A stretch of 26,343 bases of DNA from a virus (taxonomy: Duplodnaviria; Caudoviricetes). Every line of letters starts with the position of its first letter. The first letter of the stretch is position 1. Below, one piece after another: positions 9,362 through 16,683 of this stretch. The notes beneath the pieces are model-generated. The model was not told where the DNA came from, did no database searches, and was given only the letters and a program-made list of their open reading frames with translations. The stretch lies in IMG/VR virus record IMGVR_UViG_3300017655_000020, positions 1 through 26,343 of that record; one strand, written 5' to 3'. A program made the position numbers and the translations under genes.

Positions 9362-9573
9362 TTTTTCGGTGTTTTGGAGGTGAAGGCCGGCCGTTTTGGG
9401 TCGTCCGGCGAATTGTGGATGCGCGTGTTTACGGGAACGGTCGGTCTAGAACGGAGCCGAACCCTATGTTTTCGCCCCCCCCCGGGGGGTACCCGACCCC
9501 TCGAATGGCCGCGCAGGCCGCAGGAGACGCCTCAGGGGCGGCGAAGCTGCTTCGGTGGACCCACGGCCCTTCC
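9362..9573. other. Probable cos / packaging initiation region
   Basis: Non-coding gap between HNH and terS containing a C9-G6 run (9475-9489). In HK97-like cos phages the cohesive site lies in this position. The exact cut site cannot be determined from sequence. Confidence 0.6.
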
Positions 9574-9897
9574 CTACACAACAGGCCAGCCGTCCTCGTC
9601 GCATCCGCGTATCTGGTTGGCACCACGCTCAAGCCGCGCCTGGTCAGAGTTGTGGCAATCCGCGCACAGGCTGTTGAACGGGCCTTCCCAGAACTGCTGC
9701 TCAGTCTCGCCCGCAGGGTGACCGTTGACGTGGTTGCATACGCTGGCGAGAGCAGTGAAGCCGCGCCGCGCGCAGAACACGCACAGCGGTTCGCGGTCGA
9801 GCTGTGCCTTGCGAGTGCGTTGCCATCGCGCCGTGCCGTAGAGGTGCGCGAAGGCGCTTCCCCCTCGCTGCCGGATCCTGCCCGCCTTTCCGTACAT
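9574..9897 (-). CDS. HNH endonuclease, HK97 gp74-like terminase cofactor
   Basis: Motifs 'Y.TARWQRTR...EPLCVFC', 'VCNH' and 'SLCADCHN'; AAGGAG RBS; adjacent to terS. Confidence 0.88.
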   Translation of the reverse strand: MYGKAGRIRQRGGSAFAHLYGTARWQRTRKAQLDREPLCVFCARRGFTALASVCNHVNGHPAGETEQQFWEGPFNSLCADCHNSDQARLERGANQIRGCDEDGWPVV

Positions 9898-10117
9898 CGG
9901 CAGCGCTCCTTGAATTCTTGCCGGGTGCTATCCACTGCACACCGCCCGGCGGCGATGACCAACCACTCGCACGCCATGCCCAGCGCGCGGACCCTCGATA
10001 GCGAGAGGGGGAGTAGTAAGATAGGCGCCCGCGAAAACGGATTAACGCCCCCGCAGCCCGAGTATTCGAAGCTGCAGGATCATTTATCAGGTGAGTTAAG
10101 GAACGGAGACCACCGCA

Positions 10118-10501
10118 ATGCGTATCCTGATCGTGGACGACGCCACCATATCGGCAGAGCTAACCGCCGAATGCTTAATGATGGAACCGGACGTTTCTGT
10201 CCAGATTGCCGGCGACGGTGCAACTGCACTGATCGCCATGGCCCAGTTTCAACCCGATGCGGTCCTGCTCGACGTTGATCTGCCCGACGCTTCGGGTCTC
10301 GACCTCGCGCCTCAGTTCAAAGCAATGAACGTGGGCCACGCCCCCAGGATCATTATCTTCAGCGGCAGCGTGCGCGAATGCGCGCCCGGGTTTCTGCCGG
10401 ACGGTGTTGACGCGTGGCTCACTAAACCCGCCCACCTGAGCACTCTACTCGAGTGCATTTTCGCAAGGGCGCGGTCGAACAAGCGTGAAGCTTGCGATTG
10501 A
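10118..10501 (+). CDS. Single-domain response regulator (CheY-like receiver), phage moron
   Basis: 'RILIVDD' (D7,D8), phospho-acceptor D52 in 'PDAVLLDVDLPD.SG', S82, and K103-P104. GGAGA RBS; no output domain. Confidence 0.92.
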   Translation: MRILIVDDATISAELTAECLMMEPDVSVQIAGDGATALIAMAQFQPDAVLLDVDLPDASGLDLAPQFKAMNVGHAPRIIIFSGSVRECAPGFLPDGVDAWLTKPAHLSTLLECIFARARSNKREACD

Positions 10502-10660
10502 CAGCGGGTTAGGTTGTTTCAATTGAGACTTAGGTTATCAGCGGTAACGAGCGTACTGTGAAGGGGTTGCGTTGGCCACAACAACCCGAGGCACAAGCCC
10601 GGGGTTCGATCATTATAAAAACGGCCGGACTCCGTCCGCTGCCGACACCTTGGAACCTGA

Positions 10661-10852
10661 ATGCCTTTCCCATTTATCAGTCAGCTCGTCACAAGTTTGC
10701 ACCAGATAGCCGAGGTACGTTTTTCGCCGAAGGGCGCCGAACCACCGGCGCTGAAGCCATCCTGCACCGCTCAGTCCTTCGTATCGCCCGAGAATGCGAC
10801 CATTGTGGTTGATGATCCTTGGGCCCCAGACAACTACCACTACGCGGGTTAA
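10661..10852 (+). CDS. Possible small hypothetical protein (63 aa)
   Basis: ATG ORF co-oriented with the neighbouring morons. No clear RBS and no recognisable motif. Confidence 0.3.
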   Translation: MPFPFISQLVTSLHQIAEVRFSPKGAEPPALKPSCTAQSFVSPENATIVVDDPWAPDNYHYAG

Positions 10853-10929
10853 GTGCGCAGCTCAGTACAAAGGACGGTGACGCTGGAAGCGCACGAGATG
10901 AGCACTACCGTTCGAACGGAGTCCGCGTC

Positions 10930-11175
10930 ATGCCACTAGACCACACCAAAAGCGCCACTGAACTAGTCGCGGTAGACGCCAACGGCGTAACGTATATCAT
11001 CCAGCGCCGCTACAGGTCAGCTCCCAACAACGACGGGGCCTGGGCGAATTACTACTACTGTTTGCGCGGCGGCCAGCCCGTCACGTGGCTCGGGGATAAT
11101 AGCTACCGATTGCCGGACGGGACTGCACTTCTCGCGATCGAATGCCGTCTGCCGGACCTAGCACCTCTGAACTGA
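10930..11175 (+). CDS. Small hypothetical protein (81 aa, predicted beta-rich)
   Basis: GGAG at 10918-10921 then ATG 10930: MPLDHTKSATELVAVDANGVTYIIQRRY... Confidence 0.65.
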   Translation: MPLDHTKSATELVAVDANGVTYIIQRRYRSAPNNDGAWANYYYCLRGGQPVTWLGDNSYRLPDGTALLAIECRLPDLAPLN

Positions 11176-11344
11176 AGCGCCTGGCATTGAGCACGGCTTA
11201 AGCCCGGGACCCAGTAGCTCACCGTGCCCCCAGGACAATGACGCCAGAAAGATGGGTGGGGTGAACTACCGCTGCTGGCAGGCACACTACTTGCCCTTAC
11301 CTGTGACATCCGTCTGCATGCGGACGAAACCAGGGAGCAAGGGC

Positions 11345-11584
11345 ATGAAGGAACAGTCACAGGGCAAAATCTGCCGCATAGTCCGTACCGATGTGGGCAA
11401 GCTTGCCGGTGCATCGGGGGCTGTCGTAATGCGCGTCGAACACTTGCCCTTATCCGACTTACCACCGGATGAAAAAGCGAACGTGACCGTATTCATCTTG
11501 GATCAGCGTCAAGCGGCGGAGCTTGACCGTCAACTGCTGGCCGCCTGTGCCCCAGACCTGAACGTGTTTGACGCCGATTGCTAA
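11345..11584 (+). CDS. Small hypothetical protein (79 aa), possibly BssS-like
   Basis: GGGAG RBS and ATG 11345: MKEQSQGKICRIVRTDVG...; followed by a bidirectional hairpin. Confidence 0.65.
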   Translation: MKEQSQGKICRIVRTDVGKLAGASGAVVMRVEHLPLSDLPPDEKANVTVFILDQRQAAELDRQLLAACAPDLNVFDADC

Positions 11585-11589
11585 CGGGG

Positions 11590-11624
11590 AAACAAAAACC
11601 CGCCGACTTTCGCGTGGCGGGTTT
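11590..11624 (-). terminator. tR'-like intrinsic terminator (may also serve the + strand moron)
   Basis: Minus strand AAACCCGCC-11 nt loop-GGCGGGTTTTTGTTT. Confidence 0.8.
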
Positions 11625-11659
11625 CGTGGGCGGACTTCTGAGGAAATTCGTTATCGCTG

Positions 11660-11688
11660 ATTATGGCGGGAGTTTTCCGCACAGTCAA
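11660..11688 (-). promoter_or_regulatory. Late promoter pR'-like (sigma70)
   Basis: TTGACT-17 bp-CATAAT immediately after the stop of the Q-like gene, followed by a terminator. Confidence 0.8.
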
Positions 11689-11691
11689 CGA

Positions 11692-12282
11692 TCAGGGGAT
11701 AAATCCTCCATCGCGCAGCAGCTTCTCGGCTGCAGCGTGCGCACCTTGCTCGACACCGTAAATGGGCTCCGCGCCTTTCTTCTCGCGCGTCCCGCGCAGC
11801 CAGTCGTTCGCTCGGGCGCTGGCCCGCTCCACGCTGCGCACCTTGCACGCATACTCGTCGGCCAGTGATTGCAGAGTCCGCACGGTGCTGCTGTCGTAGT
11901 AGCGGCGCACGAGAGCATACAGCAGCTCGCTATGGGCAGTGCGCATCGACAGGTACGCGCCGAGCGCCCCCGCGACCTTGTACATCGCAGCCGTCCAACC
12001 GGGGTGATCCGCTTCGCTGTGGCAATGCTTGCAGCTTGCCACGCGTTGCCCGTAGCGGGCGTGCAGCACGGCCACGTGCAGCGGGTCCAGGTTCCGTTCC
12101 AGGAACTGCCGAACCTTGCCGATCTCCGCGCAGCCGTCCACACCCGAAAGCGGCCCAGGCTCGCCCAGGCGCATGTCTGCCGCGCGGGCCATCGCCGGCC
12201 GGTTCAGCGTATGCCGCTCATCGCTAAATGCGTACGCCAGCGCCACGGCCAGACGCGCAAAGGGCGTAGTGCGTTCGCTCAT
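11692..12282 (-). CDS. Late-gene antiterminator (Q-like)
   Basis: 196 aa from ATG 12282 (ATGA overlap, GGAGG RBS). Has a CKHC motif and an HTH-like C-terminus. It is the last early gene before the pR'/tR' unit, so the call is mainly positional. Confidence 0.7.
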   Translation of the reverse strand: MSERTTPFARLAVALAYAFSDERHTLNRPAMARAADMRLGEPGPLSGVDGCAEIGKVRQFLERNLDPLHVAVLHARYGQRVASCKHCHSEADHPGWTAAMYKVAGALGAYLSMRTAHSELLYALVRRYYDSSTVRTLQSLADEYACKVRSVERASARANDWLRGTREKKGAEPIYGVEQGAHAAAEKLLRDGGFIP

Positions 12283-12650
12283 GCTTCCTCCGGCATCACG
12301 TAGACCGGATACACCGGCGCGGGCTCGTTGCTCCCGCCAGCGATGCGCAGCCATGTGTTGAGCTGTTCCAGAGCCTCCGCATCGTGGCGCGGGTGTGCCG
12401 CCCAGAAAAGCATCCACTGGCCCCGCTCCGTCTGGCTGAGCGTCATCAGGTGCTTGGCCAGCAGGCGGTCCAGGGTGGCGCGGTCAGCGAGCGCCACGCC
12501 CCCACGGCAGCGCCAGCAGCGGCACGGCGCGTATGCCATGCCCTGATCGGCTTGCGATTCCGACGGATTGTGGACGCGCGCGGCGGGTGCGGCCTGGCGC
12601 ACCTCATACGGGATTTCAAGCCAGGTGTCAGGGTTGTTGTGATCGAGCAT
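12279..12650 (-). CDS. Hypothetical protein (123 aa) with a CxCxxC motif
   Basis: GAGGA RBS, ATG 12650 (MLDHNNP...), stop overlapping the start of the Q-like gene. Confidence 0.7.
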   Translation of the reverse strand: MLDHNNPDTWLEIPYEVRQAAPAARVHNPSESQADQGMAYAPCRCWRCRGGVALADRATLDRLLAKHLMTLSQTERGQWMLFWAAHPRHDAEALEQLNTWLRIAGGSNEPAPVYPVYVMPEEA

Positions 12651-12830
12651 GATCAGTTCCTCAAACGATTCCAGGGTTGTAGGGAGGGACGCGCAGCAGG
12701 CGCGCCACAAGCTCAACCGCAGAGCCGCTTAAGGTGGCATCTGGGCAAGCGCAACGCCGGTCCGCAATAGCGGCGGCGATGTACTTCATTGGGAGTGAAC
12801 CTGCCCAAATGACAGGCGAAGTGGGGCCAG

Positions 12831-14558
12831 TTAAGCAGCCCCCCGGTTTTGCATCGAATAGATCGGTGGCCGGGTGAAATGCGCGTAGTCGCGGTATTGG
12901 CCGGTCACGCGGTCGTAATGGAGTTCAACCATCCCCACACGGCCTACGAACTTCTTGCGGATTTTCTGAATGTGGATCTCCACCGGCTTATGCTCGTCCT
13001 TGACGTGCCGGTACACGGTGATGCAGTTGTCCGCCTTGTTGCGCCAATGCGCCGACCCCGACACGTCGTAGGGTGTCGGGATGGGGTAGTCGCCAGAATC
13101 CTTGTCCTTGTAGAGCTTCGCAGGGTGCGCCACGACCCAGGCATGCACTCCATGAGCCCAGCAGAACTTTCGGATCTTGGACAGAGCCAAAGAGATGTAA
13201 TCCGTCTCGGTTTGGCCAGGCACCCGGCCATGCTCGATCTCGTTCCATGGGTCCATGATCAGACCGCGGATACCCTTGCGAGTCACCAGCCGGCTAGCCT
13301 GTTCAAGAAGGGCGTCCAGACTGGGAGACTCGGGCATCATGAAAGTGAAGTGATCCGCCAGGAAATCCATTGCGCTGTCCAACTCGGCCACGCTCATACG
13401 TTCGGTTGGGCCAGCGGCGAACGGCTTGCCGATGAACTTTTCCATCAGCTTTTCGCTGTGATAGTCGGCCGGAAAGTTCTCGGGCGAGAACACCCCGAAA
13501 TTCCAGCCGTGCTGCTGGGCAAGGTGGACAGCCAGCGCATCCAACCATTCGGACTTACCGTGCCCAGGGATACCCGTCACCAGGGTCCACTCCCCTTCCA
13601 GCACCGTGTAGTACCCGTCCATGCCGGGCCAGCCGGTGGAGACGCCGCGTCGAACCTCGCCCTCGTAGCGCCGCAGGATCTCGGACCGGAAATCCGTGAC
13701 CGAGTACGTGCCCTCGATCGGCACCGGCTGCGCGTCTTCGATGCACTTTTGCAAGGCGTCTGGGCCAAGCTTGATCAGTACGTCATTGGCGTCTTTGCAG
13801 CCGTCCGGCCAGGTCACGATCAGGCACTTGTCACGGCCAAGGCGGCGGATCAGTTCCTCTTGCAGGCGACGGCCCGGGGCATCGTCATCGACGGCGATGA
13901 TGTGCTCGCGGACGTTGGCCAACTGCTCGCAGTCCAGGAAATCGAATTTGCTGTCGTAGTTCTTCGTGTCCGGCGTGGGAGCACCATCGGGCACCGAGAC
14001 GCAGTTCTTGAAGCCGCCCTCTTCCACCGACAGCTTGTCCATCTCCCCTTCGACCCAAATCAAAACCGCATCCACGTCGTTCAAGCCGTACAGCACACGC
14101 TTCGCTCCCGACGCCAGCCGGAACAGCTTGTCGCCGGTGCGGTACTTGACGTTGATCACCTCATCGCCGTCCAAGTACGGAAACATGACGCAGGTGCGCT
14201 CTTCCTCGACCTGTGGGAAATATTGCGAGCCGTAGCCGATGCAGTTGCGCAGCAACGTGGCTTGGCTGATCCCGCGCCCGGCGAAGTAATCGACGACGGC
14301 CTGGGGCAGATCGGTGCGGTTCACCACGTAGTCGGGCTTGCGGTAGATCTTCGGCGCCTCGGGACGACGCTCTTCGCCGTGACCCAAGGATCCGCCCCAG
14401 CCGCAGTGGTGACAATTCCAAAGGCCCTTCTCGGTGTTGACCGACAGGCACGGATAGTTTTTCTTCCGGCGACTGGGCGAGCATTTCGGGCACGTGGTCT
14501 TGACCTCCACGCCCGTACGCCCCCGCAGGTCAATGCCTAAGTCGTCGAAGGTCTTCAC
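12831..14558 (-). CDS. Bifunctional primase-helicase (T7 gp4/Twinkle-like)
   Basis: Zn finger CPKC...CHHC; TOPRIM 'WVEGEMD' and 'DDDAPG'; SF4 helicase Walker A 'GIPGHGKS', 'LIMDPW', 'VAHP' and 'SGS'. GTG start overlaps the upstream TGA. Confidence 0.93.
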   Translation of the reverse strand: MKTFDDLGIDLRGRTGVEVKTTCPKCSPSRRKKNYPCLSVNTEKGLWNCHHCGWGGSLGHGEERRPEAPKIYRKPDYVVNRTDLPQAVVDYFAGRGISQATLLRNCIGYGSQYFPQVEEERTCVMFPYLDGDEVINVKYRTGDKLFRLASGAKRVLYGLNDVDAVLIWVEGEMDKLSVEEGGFKNCVSVPDGAPTPDTKNYDSKFDFLDCEQLANVREHIIAVDDDAPGRRLQEELIRRLGRDKCLIVTWPDGCKDANDVLIKLGPDALQKCIEDAQPVPIEGTYSVTDFRSEILRRYEGEVRRGVSTGWPGMDGYYTVLEGEWTLVTGIPGHGKSEWLDALAVHLAQQHGWNFGVFSPENFPADYHSEKLMEKFIGKPFAAGPTERMSVAELDSAMDFLADHFTFMMPESPSLDALLEQASRLVTRKGIRGLIMDPWNEIEHGRVPGQTETDYISLALSKIRKFCWAHGVHAWVVAHPAKLYKDKDSGDYPIPTPYDVSGSAHWRNKADNCITVYRHVKDEHKPVEIHIQKIRKKFVGRVGMVELHYDRVTGQYRDYAHFTRPPIYSMQNRGAA

Positions 14559-15517
14559 AGCACCACCTCCGGGCGGCCATCAGCGCCGAAAATCCGGCCA
14601 TTGAGCCGATAGCGACCATTGCCCAGATCGATGCGCCCATCCTCGGGCGCCACGACGTTGCCCAGCAGCCCCGCGTACTGCGCGAAGTTTGTCGCATTGA
14701 ACAGGGTGGCAGGCCGCAGGTACTTCCCCCACCGCGGGTTTCCGAACCACTCTGCGCGCTTGGCATCGATCACCGCGCGAATTTCCTCCACGGTGTAGCC
14801 TTCGCCGAGTCTGCCACGCACTAGACGGAGGTTGGACTCTACAGGCTTGAACGACGATCCCGTCACCTCGTTGAGGTGGGCGATGATGGCCTCGGCGGCG
14901 TCTGTTTCCCCCTGGCAAGGAGGCGCCGAGTCGGGCTTGCCCGACAAGGGTTTTTCTTTCTTTTGTATAGTTTCCTTTTGTGGTTCCCGAATCGGTAACC
15001 CCTGCGTGACCGAATCGGTAACCCTTACCGAATCAGTAACCCCAGTGACCGAATCAGTAACCCTCGACGCAGTTGCCGAATCAGTAACCCCCGTTGCCCT
15101 TTCGGTAACCCCTTGCAGGGGTTGCTGTTCCGGTAACCCCGGTTGCTCTTTCGGTAACCCCTGCGTGACCGAATCGGTAACGGCCTGAGCAGCGCCCCCA
15201 AGCGCCCATTGTTTGTAGCGTTTGTTGAGGGACAGCGAGTTGCCGAATGTGCCGGCCGATCGGCGTAGGACGCCTGCGACGATGAGGTCGTTTACAGCAC
15301 GGCTGACGTGCGGCTTGGCGATGCCTGTCATAGATGAAAGTTGTCCCAGGCTGATGTCATCAACCTTTTTCCCGTAGCCATAGGTCTTGCGCACCACGGC
15401 CATCACAACGGCCCACTGGCGCGCCGAGAAGCCGGCACGGCACATGGCCTCCAGCAACTCATTGGCGAGGCGCGTGTGGCCTTCCTCGACCTGCGGCGAA
15501 GTGTTCTCGTGTGTCAA
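14555..15517 (-). CDS. Replication initiator (lambda O-like N-terminus, conserved phage C-terminal domain)
   Basis: N-terminal 'EEGHTRLANELLEA...VVRKTYGYGKK.D.IS' and C-terminal 'IIAHLNEVTG...YLRPATLFN'. Likely TTG start at 15517 with a GAGG RBS; contains iterons. Confidence 0.9.
   Translation of the reverse strand: MTHENTSPQVEEGHTRLANELLEAMCRAGFSARQWAVVMAVVRKTYGYGKKVDDISLGQLSSMTGIAKPHVSRAVNDLIVAGVLRRSAGTFGNSLSLNKRYKQWALGGAAQAVTDSVTQGLPKEQPGLPEQQPLQGVTERATGVTDSATASRVTDSVTGVTDSVRVTDSVTQGLPIREPQKETIQKKEKPLSGKPDSAPPCQGETDAAEAIIAHLNEVTGSSFKPVESNLRLVRGRLGEGYTVEEIRAVIDAKRAEWFGNPRWGKYLRPATLFNATNFAQYAGLLGNVVAPEDGRIDLGNGRYRLNGRIFGADGRPEVVL
14951..15181. repeat. Phage replication origin: 9 iterons plus an AT-rich tract
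   Basis: Nine ~17-bp units of type GT(T/G)RC-CGAATC-RGTAAC between 14983 and 15181, adjacent to a T-rich tract at 14951-14980. Confidence 0.88.
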
Positions 15518-15527
15518 TGTGAGCGCC

Positions 15528-15869
15528 TCAGAATGGCAACCCGTCGTCGGGCACCCACACCACGCGGAAGCGCCCTGCCGTGGGCGGCAGCGCACGCAGA
15601 GCCAATTCAGCCGCGTCACGTACGCGTTCGGCCGACAGTTCGGCGTACTCTGGCCCATCGCCAATCGCCTGACGGATCGGCCCCTCACGAAGCGAGATAT
15701 CGAACAGCGCGCCCAGCGATACATCGACACCAGGCCATTTCGTACCGTCGCACCGGCTAGACACGATGCGCGGCGGCTGGTCGTGCTGGGCTTGGACCAA
15801 GGTCACTTCATGCTCTTTGCCCTGCGCGTCCGTGTAGCGCAGCAGCGGGACAATCATGCGGGGGGTCAT
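15528..15869 (-). CDS. Hypothetical protein (113 aa)
   Basis: GGAGG RBS, ATG 15869 (MTPRMIVP...), C-terminus DDGLPF. Confidence 0.7.
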   Translation of the reverse strand: MTPRMIVPLLRYTDAQGKEHEVTLVQAQHDQPPRIVSSRCDGTKWPGVDVSLGALFDISLREGPIRQAIGDGPEYAELSAERVRDAAELALRALPPTAGRFRVVWVPDDGLPF

Positions 15870-15968
15870 AGAACCTCCATCGCTCCACTGGGAAGGCACT
15901 GCGGCAGAATGGGTGGAGGAGTCCATCTCTTCGGGAGCTACCCTAGCCGTGTGCACACTGGCATCCGC

Positions 15969-16169
15969 CTACGGTCTGAACCGATGGCGGCGTTGAAAGT
16001 TGGCCCGCGCGCGCTCTTCGCTCTCCAGGCCTTGATCGAAATCGGCGATCCACTTGCGCATGCCGCGGCGGCGCCACAGCAGCCATACGCCGACGCAGCA
16101 TCCAGTGATCAGCATCAGCAGCCACGTGAACGCAGCGATCAGGATCAGGATCGAAACGGCGGTGTTCAT
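15969..16169 (-). CDS. Small membrane protein (66 aa)
   Basis: N-terminal hydrophobic stretch of about 28 aa followed by basic RRR; ATGA-coupled to the upstream peptide. Confidence 0.65.
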   Translation of the reverse strand: MNTAVSILILIAAFTWLLMLITGCCVGVWLLWRRRGMRKWIADFDQGLESEERARANFQRRHRFRP

Positions 16170-16243
16170 ATCGTCGGCGGCCAGTTGCCCAGCGCCAGCA
16201 CCGCCAGCACGAGGGCAAGGATGAGGAAGTCGAAGACGGCCAT
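16166..16243 (-). CDS. 25-aa hydrophobic peptide MAVFDFLILALVLAVLALGNWPPTI
   Basis: Below the ORF-track cutoff. Starts 1 nt after the upstream stop, and its TGA overlaps the next ATG. Confidence 0.6.
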   Translation of the reverse strand: MAVFDFLILALVLAVLALGNWPPTI

Positions 16244-16244
16244 G

Positions 16245-16439
16245 TCAGCAGTCCACCGGGCCAATGGGAATGGCGTCGGGCGCCGGGGGCGTGTTGGTGT
16301 CGCCGGGGATGTGTTGCGCAGAGGTCGAATAGGAAGGGCGAACGCCGCGCTGCATGTGCCCGCGCGTCCCGACGAAGGTCGCCGGCGACATACTGGCCTC
16401 TTTGACGTGGTCGATGATCGTGCTGTCAGCGTTAGGCAT
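16245..16439 (-). CDS. Hypothetical protein (64 aa) in the cII position
   Basis: Overlaps the end of cro, with a GAGG RBS. Probably disordered; not recognisably CII. Confidence 0.5.
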   Translation of the reverse strand: MPNADSTIIDHVKEASMSPATFVGTRGHMQRGVRPSYSTSAQHIPGDTNTPPAPDAIPIGPVDC

Positions 16440-16677
16440 TCGCCGCCTCTATCCGAGCTGGCGCTAGGTCCGGCCAGATGCTTTGCCAGTCATGCGGCCG
16501 AAGATCTCGCCTCGTAACGGCACCTGCTGTCACGCGCTCAATTGCGATGCATCGGACAGGCGGCACGGGCCTGGAACCATTCGCCCACCTTGAGATATCG
16601 GACTGATGAGCCCCAATAGAGCGGGCCAGATCGGCTTGATGGCCACGCCTCGCTGAAAGATATGTACGGAGATCCAT
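16432..16677 (-). CDS. cro: Cro-like repressor (YdaS-like HTH)
   Basis: 'QADLARSIGAHQSDISRWANG.RPVP..RCIAIERVT.GAVTRRDLRP.DW..IWP'; divergent from cI. Confidence 0.9.
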   Translation of the reverse strand: MDLRTYLSARRGHQADLARSIGAHQSDISRWANGSRPVPPVRCIAIERVTAGAVTRRDLRPHDWQSIWPDLAPARIEAANA

Positions 16678-16683
16678 ACATGA

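Noticed and set aside
9475-9500. G/C homopolymer as a phase-variation tract or G-quadruplex
   Set aside because: Intergenic and typical of the cos region upstream of terS; no reading frame depends on it.
9908-9977. tRNA-like fragment / hairpin upstream of the HNH gene (minus strand GCGAGTGGTT..., GCCGGG...CCCGGC)
   Set aside because: No T-loop or cloverleaf, and the short GC stem could be chance.
10505-10545. TTAGGTT direct repeat after the response regulator as a regulator or Pho box
   Set aside because: Only two 7-mers, no match to the CTGTCAT Pho-box pattern, and the receiver has no DNA-binding domain.
11300-11334. Hammerhead-like string CTGTGA...GGACGAAAC
   Set aside because: Lacks the CUGANGA core correctly placed before stem II, and no stem I/III with a cleavage triplet is evident.
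12661-12789. 42-aa minus-strand ORF MKYIAAAIADRRCAC... filling the gap after the helicase
   Set aside because: No RBS or coupling to the upstream stop. Possible, but unsupported.
12849-14540. 563-aa + strand ORF, and similar long ORFs at 268-942, 1138-2274, 4229-5293, 7612-8985, 22894-24267, 23166-24845 and 24725-25789
   Set aside because: Antisense or off-frame shadows of well-supported genes, expected from GC-rich codon bias; no motifs or RBS.
14983-15181. Repeat array resembling CRISPR
   Set aside because: Spacers are only a few nt, the array is inside a coding gene, and no cas genes are present. These are iterons.
15518-15730. Extended N-termini in the ORF track (initiator from 15730; also 12417, 12716, 18592, 19760, 20358, 21266)
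   Set aside because: They overlap upstream genes. Downstream starts with RBS or ATGA coupling fit better.
15969-16243. Small membrane ORFs as a holin/antiholin pair
   Set aside because: Located in the early operon with no adjacent endolysin.
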